Origin: Escherichia coli
Lineage (GTDB): Bacteria; Pseudomonadota; Gammaproteobacteria; Enterobacterales; Enterobacteriaceae
Strand: one strand, 5' to 3'
NCBI RefSeq assembly: GCF_045037415.1
Contig: NZ_CP173438.1
Length of the DNA: 64,000 nt
Shown: piece by piece, positions 37,616-46,196 of the stretch
How the letters are laid out: every line of letters starts with the position of its first letter
Numbering within the stretch: position 1 is the stretch's first letter
Notes under the pieces: model-generated
Databases searched by the model: none
What the model was told of the DNA's origin: nothing
What the model saw: the letters and a program-made list of their open reading frames with translations, nothing else
Made by a program: the position numbers and the translations under genes

Positions 37616-38770
37616 TTATGCCTGCCACGGATGAATAGTTACGCCTTGCACCACGCGGTTTACGGTGCCACTGGCTGATGGGGTATCCGGCGTATTGCCC
37701 ATGTGCAGCGACTGCATCAGTGCAAACGTCTGGGCGTACATCAGGAAGCAAAATGCTTGTTCAACGTCGATAAAGTGACGGGACGGCGGCAGGATGATAT
37801 GCGGGCCAGCGGCGATAACGTCGTTGCTTTCAGCGGTGATGGCGATCACGCGCATTGCCTGGTTGTCACGGCGGAGTTCTGCCAGCAGGTCAAGATCGTA
37901 CTGACGGGTGTAAGGGTGACTGGAGACAAACACCACTACCAGCGTTTCGTCATCGACCAGCGATTTCGGGCCATGACGGAATCCGGTCGGGGAATCATAG
38001 AAGGCCGCCAGTTTACCCGCTGTCAGTTCCAGCACTTTCAGCGCCGACTCGCGTGCTGCGCCCTGTAAGCCACCGCTGCCGAGATAAACGATCCGTTTCC
38101 ACGGTGCGTAACCAAACACACCTTCGCTGAAATCGCCCAGTGAGGTCAGGATCGCCTGGCAACGATCCGCCACGTCGCGGAAGGTTTGGCTGTTGATCGT
38201 CTCAGGTGCGAAAACCGCGAGGCAGCTGGCCATCATGGTGGTAATGCTGCTGGTCATCGCAAAGCCGCGATCGTGCGTTTCTGCGGGCATCAGCAGGGCA
38301 AACGCGTTGTCGCTGTTGATCGCGTTTTGGTAAAGAGCGCCCGCTTCGTTGCAGGTGATCGGCAGGTGATAGCATTCTGGTACAAATTGATTTGCCAGTT
38401 CCACGGCGGCGACGCTTTCCGGGCTGTTGCCGGAGCGACCGAAGGAGATCAACAGTAGCGGATGAGCTGGGTTCAGGTAGTCCATTGGATTGGTGACCAG
38501 ATCGGTGGTTGGTACGGCGCTGAAGTTTTTACCGGTATGGCTGGCGAGCCACGGCGCGATGATGTCACCGATAAATGCCGATGTTCCGGCTCCGGTCAGG
38601 ATGATTTGCAGATTCTCTTTGCGCAGTAACGGTTCAAGGAAGTTATTGAGCGCGGAACGTAGCGCGTCAATGTTGGTGAGTGAACGGATCCATGCGCGAG
38701 GCTGATGGCGGATCTCTTCTTCAGTCCATGTACCGGTTGCGGCAGCAGCAGGGGTGTAATTTTCTGGCAT
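37616..38770 (-). CDS. agaS: SIS-domain sugar-phosphate isomerase/deaminase AgaS
   Basis: 384 aa ORF MPENYTPAAAATGTWTEEEIRHQPRAWIRSLTNIDALRSALNNFLEPLL... Confidence 0.92.
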   Translation of the reverse strand: MPENYTPAAAATGTWTEEEIRHQPRAWIRSLTNIDALRSALNNFLEPLLRKENLQIILTGAGTSAFIGDIIAPWLASHTGKNFSAVPTTDLVTNPMDYLNPAHPLLLISFGRSGNSPESVAAVELANQFVPECYHLPITCNEAGALYQNAINSDNAFALLMPAETHDRGFAMTSSITTMMASCLAVFAPETINSQTFRDVADRCQAILTSLGDFSEGVFGYAPWKRIVYLGSGGLQGAARESALKVLELTAGKLAAFYDSPTGFRHGPKSLVDDETLVVVFVSSHPYTRQYDLDLLAELRRDNQAMRVIAITAESNDVIAAGPHIILPPSRHFIDVEQAFCFLMYAQTFALMQSLHMGNTPDTPSASGTVNRVVQGVTIHPWQA

Positions 38771-38774
38771 AACT

Positions 38775-38945
38775 CAATCCTTAGTCTGATGAACTTGACG
38801 TCGGCGTTGTCGCTTTCGCTTGCCTTTCGTTTCATTTCACTTGGTGATTTCTTTCGTTGGTTAAAATCTATAGAAAAGAAACTGAAAGTTCAATGGAGAA
38901 AAAGGAAATAAAACGAAATCTGTGATCGTTGAAAGAAAAGACAAG
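38775..38945 (-). promoter_or_regulatory. agaS promoter region with CTTTC/GAAAG-rich direct repeats (candidate AgaR operators)
   Basis: GCCTTTCGTTTCATTTCACTT... and repeated GAAA(G) units seen in sequence; AgaR operators are known to be built on such repeats. Confidence 0.45.
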
Positions 38946-38962
38946 GGAAGTAAAAGGGATTG

Positions 38963-39043
38963 CTGGATGCGGCGTAAATACTTTATCCGGCCTTACGGTC
39001 ACCAACCGTAGGTCGGATAAGGCGCATTAGCGTCGCATCCGAC
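38963..39043. repeat. REP/BIME pair between agaA and agaS
   Basis: CTGGATGCGGCGTAAATACTTTATCCGGCC and GTAGGTCGGATAAGGCGCATTAGCGTCGCATCCGAC. Confidence 0.7.
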
Positions 39044-39060
39044 ACCGCTGCACAGATCAA

Positions 39061-39106
39061 AAAGAAAGAAAAAGAAAGGCCTTACGGGGGAAGTGAAGGC
39101 CTAATA
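39061..39106 (-). terminator. Rho-independent terminator after agaA (end of agaZVWEFA transcription unit)
   Basis: minus-strand reading AGGCCTTCACTTCCCCCGTAAGGCCT followed by TTTCTTTTTCTTTC. Confidence 0.55.
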
Positions 39107-39119
39107 AAGGAGCAAACCA

Positions 39120-40253
39120 TCAAAACGAAGCTAATTGACCCTGAATCCAGATTTGTTGCACATGCAGCCCGCTATCCAGCGCAACGACGCTGGCGCGTTT
39201 GCCCGGTTTAAGCGATCCCAGAACACCATCAACACCCAGCATTCGCGCCGGATGCAGCGACGCCATATGGATGGCTTCCGCAGGCGTTACGCCCGTCAAC
39301 TCGACCATGTTGCGCACTGCCGCATCGACAGACAGCGTACTGCCCGCCAGCCCACCGAACGCGGTACGGACAATGCCACCGTGCATCTGCACTTCTTCAC
39401 CACATAACGTATAGTGACCATCCGGCATCCCGGCTGCCTGCATCGCGTCGGTGATCAGTACGATCCTCTCTTTCGCACAGCAACAACAGAGCGACATTGC
39501 CGCCGGATGTACATGATGACCATCGGCTATCAGTTCCAGCCAGGCGCGCTTGTCCGTTAATCCCGCGCCAACCATTCCCGGTTCGCGGTGATGTAAACCT
39601 GTCATCCCGTTATAGCAATGCACCAGGCCGTCGGCACCAGCATCAAACGCGGCACGGGTTTGTTGCCAGGTCGCCGCGCTATGCCCCAGCATCACCCGTA
39701 CGTTTTGCTGTTTAAGATGGCGGATGGCCTGCAATGCCCCTTCTTTTTCTGGTGCCAGCGCTACCACGCGTAAGGTCTGCTGAGAAACGGCAATCAATTG
39801 ATCCAGCTCGGCAATTTCCAGCTCGCGAAACAGCTCCGGCGGATGTGCGCCTTTATTCTGCGGCGTGAAGTACGGTCCTTCGAGATAACTCCCCAGCACT
39901 TGCGCACCAGGCCCACCGCGCTGGCAGCGTAGAGCAATACGTTTCAGCGCCGCATGAATGGTATTAAGCGGCGCGGTTACGGTGGTCGGTAACCAACTGC
40001 CGACACCTTCGCGTGCCTTGTGCATTGCCAGCTTGTCGAGCGCATCCGGCGCGTCATCCATTACATCAACGCCCGCACCACCGTGTACATGGGTGTCGAT
40101 GTAAGCGGGGCAGAGCAGTTCCGCATCGCGTTCAGTCACGCCCACTGGAATCGGTTCGATTGCTGCGATTACACCGTCAGCAATACGCAACTGATGGTCA
40201 TCGAGCCATCCCTCTTCAGTCAGCAGCCTTCTGGCGCGCAGAACGTGTGTCAT
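39120..40253 (-). CDS. agaA: N-acetylgalactosamine-6-phosphate deacetylase AgaA, full length
   Basis: ORF 39120..40274; ATG at 40253 (ATGA overlap with agaF stop) gives 377 aa MTHVLRARRLLTEEGWLDDHQLRIADGVIAAIEPI...; amidohydrolase HxH motif; alternative start at 40274. Confidence 0.88.
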   Translation of the reverse strand: MTHVLRARRLLTEEGWLDDHQLRIADGVIAAIEPIPVGVTERDAELLCPAYIDTHVHGGAGVDVMDDAPDALDKLAMHKAREGVGSWLPTTVTAPLNTIHAALKRIALRCQRGGPGAQVLGSYLEGPYFTPQNKGAHPPELFRELEIAELDQLIAVSQQTLRVVALAPEKEGALQAIRHLKQQNVRVMLGHSAATWQQTRAAFDAGADGLVHCYNGMTGLHHREPGMVGAGLTDKRAWLELIADGHHVHPAAMSLCCCCAKERIVLITDAMQAAGMPDGHYTLCGEEVQMHGGIVRTAFGGLAGSTLSVDAAVRNMVELTGVTPAEAIHMASLHPARMLGVDGVLGSLKPGKRASVVALDSGLHVQQIWIQGQLASF

Positions 40254-40684
40254 ATTCCTTCCTCGACCGGACATTCCTCATGGCAGCGACCAAGTTCGTC
40301 CACCAGACTGGTTAGCCCACGGTGTCCACACTCCAGCGCCTGCACACGGAACTCTTCACCGCTTAACCCTTCGCGTTCCAGCACCATTTCCAGTAATAGT
40401 TGCAAATTTGTGCCGGTGATCACTTCACAGCCCGGTTTTTGCATCGCCAGCGTTGAAGCTACGCGAAACGGCGTGCCGCCCAGCAAATCCGTCAGAAAAA
40501 CAATGCCGTCTTCACAATCCAGTTGGGCGATGGCCTCTTCAAGCTGCGATGTAAGCAGCGCGGTGCTTGAGGTTTCTGGAAAATCGATGGCGATAAACTG
40601 CGATTGCTCGCCGAGGATTTGCTTCATTGCTTTTTCCATGCCGCTGGCAAATCCGCCATGCCCTGTCAAAATAATACTTAACAT
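40250..40684 (-). CDS. agaF: PTS mannose-family IIA component (N-acetylgalactosamine/galactosamine)
   Basis: 144 aa ORF MLSIILTGHGGFASGMEKAMKQILGEQSQFIAIDFPE... Confidence 0.88.
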   Translation of the reverse strand: MLSIILTGHGGFASGMEKAMKQILGEQSQFIAIDFPETSSTALLTSQLEEAIAQLDCEDGIVFLTDLLGGTPFRVASTLAMQKPGCEVITGTNLQLLLEMVLEREGLSGEEFRVQALECGHRGLTSLVDELGRCHEECPVEEGI

Positions 40685-40701
40685 CTAATACCTCATTGTA
40701 T

Positions 40702-41586
40702 TTAAAGGAAATGGCAGAATTTACCGACGATGCCGAGAACCACTGTCACTGCAATCAGGCGCAGCGGACTCCAGCCGCGGCGTACCAGCCAGAACATGGT
40801 CAGGGTGTAGACCAGCGGTAAGAAGGCAGGCATCAGTTTGTCGATAACATCAGCCTGTAACTTAACCACTGCGTCGCCCGCCGTGATTTCCAGCGTGGTG
40901 CTTAAACGAACATAGGTTGCCACCAGCGCGCCGATCACCGTCATCCCAACGATAGACGCCGCATGGCCGACTTTTTTGGTATTTGCTTTAATGAGTGGAA
41001 TAGCCGCCACGCCCATGCGGTAAGCATAATGCGCCAGACCAAAACGCAGCCCCAGGTGCACCACGTTGAACAGCACAATAAAGACGACAGCGCCAAGAAT
41101 AGAGCCTTGTAGCGCGAGGCTTGCGCCTATCCCGCCACAAATCGGCAGTAGCGTTAGCCAGAACATCGCATCGCCAATCCCGCCGAGCGGCGCACCGACG
41201 GCAATTTTGGTGCTCTGAATACTGTTAACGTCCTGCTTAGAACGCTCCATCGCAAGGATAATGCCGATAACAAACGTCACCAGAAACGGATGGGTATTGA
41301 AGAAACCCATATGCCCCTTCATGGCGCGCGCCAGGTCCCGTTTATTAGTGTGGATCTTTTTCAGAGCAGGCAGCAGACCGTACAACCAGCCGGAAGCCTG
41401 CATACGTTCGTAGTTGAAAGACGCTTGTAACAGCATGGAGCGCCAGGCGACGCGGTTGATATCTTTTTTCGTCAGCTCTGCGCCAATGCTCTGATCTTCA
41501 TACACGTTTTCATTGACGCCAGTCAGCAGTGTTTCTTCATTTTCGCTGACGTTCGGCAGGGTGGTTTGATTAGATGCCATCTTCAA
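40702..41586 (-). CDS. agaE: PTS mannose-family IID component (N-acetylgalactosamine-specific)
   Basis: 294 aa ORF MKMASNQTTLPNVSENEETLLTGVNENVYEDQSIGAELTKKDINRVAWRSMLLQASFNYERMQ... Confidence 0.88.
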   Translation of the reverse strand: MKMASNQTTLPNVSENEETLLTGVNENVYEDQSIGAELTKKDINRVAWRSMLLQASFNYERMQASGWLYGLLPALKKIHTNKRDLARAMKGHMGFFNTHPFLVTFVIGIILAMERSKQDVNSIQSTKIAVGAPLGGIGDAMFWLTLLPICGGIGASLALQGSILGAVVFIVLFNVVHLGLRFGLAHYAYRMGVAAIPLIKANTKKVGHAASIVGMTVIGALVATYVRLSTTLEITAGDAVVKLQADVIDKLMPAFLPLVYTLTMFWLVRRGWSPLRLIAVTVVLGIVGKFCHFL

Positions 41587-42349
41587 ATTCCTCTTTCTGT
41601 GCCGCAGGTTGAGTCGGTTCAGGAGATTTACGCAGCAGGTCGATCAGCGCCATCGCCAGCGCAGCGGCAGCAATAGCCAGCACCGGTAACTTGAGCCAGG
41701 CTGCGGCAACAAAGCCCAGGATGAAGTAGGGGATGTAGACGTTTTTCATCATGATTTTCAGCAGCACGGCAAAACCGATTGCTGGCATGATGCCGCCCGC
41801 GACGCCGAGGCCATCAATTAATCGTTGCGGCAGGACATCAATGATGGTTTTTGCATGTTCCGCGCCGAAGTAGATAGGCAGGAAAGCGCAGAGAAAATAG
41901 AAAGTGCCGAGTGCCAGCAGTGCCAGATAGTTCACGCGTTCAATGCCGCGAGTATCGGCGTTCTCCGCCATCCGGTCGCAGCGGGACATCACGCCGGACA
42001 TCACCGAGAACAGGAAGGTAATCCCCATCTGTACTGCAACAGCGAAAGGTACGGCGACACCGACCGCGACATCGGGTTTCACGCCAGTAGTAATGGCAAA
42101 CGCCGTGCCGACGATAGTACCGATAATCACGTTAGGCGGCTGTGCGCCCGCCAGCGGGGCCAGCCCCATCCACACCAGTTCCAGCGTACCGCCGGTTAAA
42201 ATACCGGTATGCAGATCGCCAAGTACCAGCCCGACCAACGGGCCGAGAACCACCGGGCGGTGCATATGGGTTAAGCCGTTAAACATATCCAGGCCAGCGA
42301 TAAAGGCGATAATGCCCAACGCAAATGCCTGCAACAGACTGATTTCCAT
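41570..42349 (-). CDS. agaW: PTS mannose-family IIC component (N-acetylgalactosamine-specific), full length
   Basis: 259 aa hydrophobic ORF MEISLLQAFALGIIAFIAGLDMFNGLTHMHRPVVLGPL...; overlaps agaE start by 17 nt. Confidence 0.88.
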   Translation of the reverse strand: MEISLLQAFALGIIAFIAGLDMFNGLTHMHRPVVLGPLVGLVLGDLHTGILTGGTLELVWMGLAPLAGAQPPNVIIGTIVGTAFAITTGVKPDVAVGVAVPFAVAVQMGITFLFSVMSGVMSRCDRMAENADTRGIERVNYLALLALGTFYFLCAFLPIYFGAEHAKTIIDVLPQRLIDGLGVAGGIMPAIGFAVLLKIMMKNVYIPYFILGFVAAAWLKLPVLAIAAAALAMALIDLLRKSPEPTQPAAQKEEFEDGI

Positions 42350-42359
42350 GATGAATCCC

Positions 42360-42833
42360 TCAAAGTAATTTAAAGAGGTCCACAGCAGGCTCTGTCGGGA
42401 CGCCCTGAACGAAGCATTCCACCCCAGCGGCTTTCAGGTCGTTAAATGCTGCGATATCACCCGCATCCACAGAAACCGTTTTGGCGATTTGTTGCTTGCC
42501 ATTGGCGTAGTGCATATTGCCAACGTTAATGCGATTCACCGGAACGCCACCTTTCACCAGCGTCAGGAAATCGGCCGGTGTTTTACAAACCAGCAGGATT
42601 TTCTGTCGATCGGCGGCGCGATGGATGTTGTCGATGACTTTTTGCAGCGTCCAGAAACGTACGGCGATCCCTTCTGCCAGTACCATTTCCATCAGGTTTT
42701 GTTGTACCGGATCTTCGGCAACCTCATCGTTGGCTACCAGCACCAGATTTGCCCCCGCAAATCCTACCCACTGAACGCCGACCTGACCGTGAATCAAGCG
42801 TTCATCAATCCGACTTAAAACAATATTTGGCAT
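42360..42833 (-). CDS. agaV: PTS mannose-family IIB component (N-acetylgalactosamine-specific)
   Basis: ORF 42360..42869; ATG at 42833 gives 157 aa MPNIVLSRIDERLIHGQVGVQWVGFAGANLVLVANDE... Confidence 0.9.
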   Translation of the reverse strand: MPNIVLSRIDERLIHGQVGVQWVGFAGANLVLVANDEVAEDPVQQNLMEMVLAEGIAVRFWTLQKVIDNIHRAADRQKILLVCKTPADFLTLVKGGVPVNRINVGNMHYANGKQQIAKTVSVDAGDIAAFNDLKAAGVECFVQGVPTEPAVDLFKLL

Positions 42834-42855
42834 AGCGTGTTCCTCTTTGTTTTGC

Positions 42856-44136
42856 TTATTGGCCTTCACAGGCTGTGTGGTACTGCGCCAGGATGTCCTG
42901 AATATGGTTGATAATGAGTTCCCGTGGCGTTGGCTGCAGCTCGCCGGAGCGAACTTTCACGTACTGCAGCGGCAGATACTGACTGATCAGCGGCAGCGGA
43001 ATTGGTGAATCCGCCAGATTACGAACCAGATGAGCGAAAGCGTCATCAATCTGGCTGTCCGGCCAGTAATAGCGCACGCGATCCGAGTAGCTATAACCAC
43101 GCGCCAGACGACGCGCGTTGCCGTCACCGTGGTAGTGGCTTTGCCAGTATTCCGGGCGGTCGAGCATCACGTTTTCCAGCACCTGACGCAGACCAGAACA
43201 GGCTTTTGCTGGCACTAGTTCTTCTTCAATCGCTGCCAGAGAGAACAGAGCTTCACGCAGAGCAAAGGTCAGCGCCGGGCCAACTTTCAGAATGGCAAAG
43301 TGGTCAATCACCAGCTGGCGCAGCGATTGCGGCGTTTGATAATCGGTAGAGTGCGCTTCGAAAATCAGCGTTTCGTAGTTTTCGACCATCTGGCTTAAGG
43401 CGGTCGCTTTGGCGGGCTGATAATCAATAACGTTGGTGTGATCGAATTCGACGCCGGGTTGAACCACCAGGGCAATGATGCGTGGCCAGATGGCATTCAG
43501 ACCCTGCTTTTCAAAAGCGTGACGATGGGCTTCCAGCGTGGCGCGGGCGGCATCCGGCGTGGTGACCGCCAGCTCGCTTAAGGTTTCATGCGCGCCGCCA
43601 GGCACCGGCACTTCGGTACCAATGACATACTCCAGATCGGCTTCGCCAAAATGTTCACGGCAGGTTTCTTCCGCCACTTTCGCCAAACGAGCGGCGCGTT
43701 CGGCCACGATGCCATCGGTTAAGGGAATCGGATCGTCCTGACAGGACATGCTGCAATCAAGGTGAATTTTTTTGAATCCTGCCGCCACGTAGCTTTTAAT
43801 CAAATCATCGGCATTGGCCATTGCCTGAGCGGCAGGCAGATTTTGCCAGCGGTTTGGCCCCAGATGGTCGCCACCCAGAATCAGCGCATCCTGCGGGAAA
43901 TTCAACGAGTCGGCGAGCTGACAAACAAAGCCGCGAAAACCGGCGGGCGTCATTCCGGTATAACCGCCAAACTGGTCCACCTGATTGGAGGTAGCTTCAA
44001 TCAGTAACGGCGTTTGGTTTGCACTGGCGTAGCGGATTGCAGCTTCCAGCACCAGCGGATGTGCGGAACAAACGGCATAAATCCCATTTGTTTTGCCCGC
44101 TTTGTGCTGTCTCACCATTTCTGTCAGATGTTTCAC
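42856..44136 (-). CDS. kbaZ: tagatose-bisphosphate aldolase non-catalytic subunit KbaZ (AgaZ)
   Basis: 426 aa [64 protein letters not shown]... Confidence 0.92.
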   Translation of the reverse strand: MKHLTEMVRQHKAGKTNGIYAVCSAHPLVLEAAIRYASANQTPLLIEATSNQVDQFGGYTGMTPAGFRGFVCQLADSLNFPQDALILGGDHLGPNRWQNLPAAQAMANADDLIKSYVAAGFKKIHLDCSMSCQDDPIPLTDGIVAERAARLAKVAEETCREHFGEADLEYVIGTEVPVPGGAHETLSELAVTTPDAARATLEAHRHAFEKQGLNAIWPRIIALVVQPGVEFDHTNVIDYQPAKATALSQMVENYETLIFEAHSTDYQTPQSLRQLVIDHFAILKVGPALTFALREALFSLAAIEEELVPAKACSGLRQVLENVMLDRPEYWQSHYHGDGNARRLARGYSYSDRVRYYWPDSQIDDAFAHLVRNLADSPIPLPLISQYLPLQYVKVRSGELQPTPRELIINHIQDILAQYHTACEGQ

Positions 44137-44384
44137 TTTCCTCTCCAGTTCAGATTACTGCGACATTAATCTTTCGTTTTGTTTCAGTTGATACTGCGTC
44201 ATGGTGAGATAAAAATAAAACGAAAGATAATAGTTTTCTGATCTGATTCACAAAAGAAACATAATGAAAGCCACTGAAACGAGAGTAGCTTGCGCCAATG
44301 GGTAAGGTGGGCTTGCATTTGCTTAATAGAAAGGCGTTAATAGGCAAAACGAAATGAAACGAAAGTTTTACGAAAGGACTTACT
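44137..44384. promoter_or_regulatory. divergent kbaZ / agaR control region with repeated (A)AACGAAA(G/T) units (candidate AgaR operators)
   Basis: AAACGAAAGATAATAG..., AACGAAATGAAACGAAAGTTTTACGAAAGG seen between divergent start codons. Confidence 0.45.
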
Positions 44385-45194
44385 ATGAGTAATACCGACG
44401 CTTCAGGTGAGAAGCGAGTGACAGGCACCAGCGAGCGACGAGAACAGATCATTCAGCGTCTGCGACAGCAAGGGAGTGTGCAGGTTAACGATCTGTCGGC
44501 ATTGTATGGCGTATCTACTGTGACGATCCGCAACGATCTGGCGTTTCTGGAAAAGCAGGGGATCGCCGTGCGTGCCTATGGTGGCGCGTTGATCTGCGAT
44601 AGCACAACGCCGTCAGTCGAGCCATCAGTGGAAGATAAAAGCGCACTGAACACCGCGATGAAACGCAGCGTTGCGAAAGCTGCCGTTGAGTTGATTCAGC
44701 CTGGTCATCGGGTGATCCTCGACTCCGGGACCACCACTTTTGAGATTGCTCGTCTGATGCGCAAGCACACCGACGTAATTGCGATGACCAACGGTATGAA
44801 CGTGGCTAATGCGTTGCTGGAAGCGGAAGGCGTTGAGCTGCTGATGACCGGGGGGCATTTGCGCCGTCAGTCGCAATCTTTTTACGGTGATCAGGCTGAG
44901 CAATCGCTGCAAAATTACCACTTCGATATGCTGTTTCTTGGTGTAGATGCGATCGATCTGGAGCGTGGCGTCAGCACGCATAATGAAGATGAAGCCCGTT
45001 TAAACCGTCGGATGTGCGAAGTTGCGGAACGGATCATCGTGGTCACCGATTCCAGTAAGTTCAACCGTTCCAGTTTACATAAGATCATTGATACTCAACG
45101 TATCGACATGATCATTGTTGATGAAGGCATTCCTGCGGATAGTCTGGAAGGACTGCGAAAGGCTGGGGTTGAAGTGATTCTGGTCGGGGAATGA
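44385..45194 (+). CDS. agaR: DeoR-family transcriptional repressor of the aga regulon
   Basis: 269 aa [62 protein letters not shown]...; N-terminal HTH. Confidence 0.93.
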
Positions 45195-45199
45195 GAAAG

Positions 45200-45238
45200 G
45201 ATGCCCGCTGGTCAACACCAATGCGTTCGGCGGGCATT
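45200..45238. terminator. inverted repeat ATGCCCGC...GCGGGCAT between convergent agaR and yhaV (putative bidirectional terminator)
   Basis: 8-bp perfect arms with about 21-nt loop. Confidence 0.35.
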
Positions 45239-45248
45239 GTGAACACCA

Positions 45249-45713
45249 TCAATGGTTTTCTTCTGTCTCTTGGGTGAGGCTTTCCCAGTCGGCAGGAGGA
45301 TGTCCTCTTTTTAACATTTTACTGAATACGGTATAGGCATCTGTTTTTTTACCGTAGGTGCGCAGCGTGTTTTCATCGTTCATCCATCCCAGAATGATGA
45401 CTTTCTCTTTTTCACTGTAACGAAAGAAGAGACGATAGCGACCAGCACCAAATTTTACCCGTGACCAGTCTTTATTTTTCCCAGAGCCTAACGACTTGCC
45501 ATGACGGAATGCCGGTGATGATGGATTGACCGTGATATGCTCCTCAATCACTTTATGGACCACCGCCAATAACTTTGTGGCAGCTTTTCTCTGATAATTT
45601 TCAGGATCTTTTCCCTTTAATGCCTCGACTTCGGCAACTAAAGCATCGTAGGTTTCCTGAAAACAGGGATGAGCATATAGCGCCCAACCATTAACCCTTT
45701 GTGGAAAATCCAT
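45249..45713 (-). CDS. yhaV: type II toxin YhaV (ribosome-dependent mRNA endoribonuclease)
   Basis: 154 aa ORF MDFPQRVNGWALYAHPCFQETYDALVAEVEALKGKDPENYQRKAATKLLAVVHKVIEEH... Confidence 0.9.
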   Translation of the reverse strand: MDFPQRVNGWALYAHPCFQETYDALVAEVEALKGKDPENYQRKAATKLLAVVHKVIEEHITVNPSSPAFRHGKSLGSGKNKDWSRVKFGAGRYRLFFRYSEKEKVIILGWMNDENTLRTYGKKTDAYTVFSKMLKRGHPPADWESLTQETEENH

Positions 45714-46048
45714 TATTCGTCGTCGCCAATCTCATCGTCAATGTTGACGTCCATGCCAGCGACAAGTTTCTTTCCTTGTTGAATGTCGAATGGACGAGTT
45801 TTTTGCGGATTGTTCTGGATATCTGCATCCAGAAAACGCAAAAATGCATTCATAGTATGATCCTCCTGTTCATCTCCCAGTCGGCACATAAATACTTGCC
45901 CACCAGGCAGAATTTCGTAATGAATGCTGTCCAGGCCTGGCTTCAGTTTTAAGGCCTCACGCACTGGCGCGGGGATAGTTGTTTGTCCGCGTATAGTGAC
46001 CTTTGATTCAGTGGTCAGTACAGCGTTAGAGCGAGCATTAGCGGGCAT
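45713..46048 (-). CDS. prlF: type II antitoxin PrlF (SohA), AbrB/SpoVT-type DNA-binding domain
   Basis: 111 aa ORF MPANARSNAVLTTESKVTIRGQTTIPAPVREALKLKPGLDSIHYEILPGGQVFMC... with acidic C-terminus; 1-nt overlap with yhaV start. Confidence 0.9.
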   Translation of the reverse strand: MPANARSNAVLTTESKVTIRGQTTIPAPVREALKLKPGLDSIHYEILPGGQVFMCRLGDEQEDHTMNAFLRFLDADIQNNPQKTRPFDIQQGKKLVAGMDVNIDDEIGDDE

Positions 46049-46140
46049 TATTTACTGTCCTTTTACAGCCTGTTTTCTGCTCAAATTATAAGCTTGAACT
46101 AAGGTAATGCAAATGCATTATTAATGGATGTGTGGACTTT
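46049..46140 (-). promoter_or_regulatory. prlF-yhaV promoter region with palindromic candidate operator
   Basis: near-palindrome TAATGCAAATGCATTA at about 46107-46122 upstream of prlF start. Confidence 0.4.
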
Positions 46141-46171
46141 AAACAATAAAAACATGGCACTAAGGCCATGT
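46141..46171 (-). terminator. Rho-independent terminator after garD
   Basis: stem ACATGGC/GCCATGT with T-rich tract TTTTTATTGTTT on minus strand. Confidence 0.55.
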
Positions 46172-46196
46172 TTTGCGAGGGACGTTCCAAAAGAAA

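Noticed and set aside
45200-45238. agaR/yhaV inverted repeat as a REP element
   Set aside because: It lacks the characteristic REP consensus (GCCTGATGCG...CGCATCAGGC or GCCGGATAAGGCG-type); treated as a simple hairpin or possible bidirectional terminator instead.
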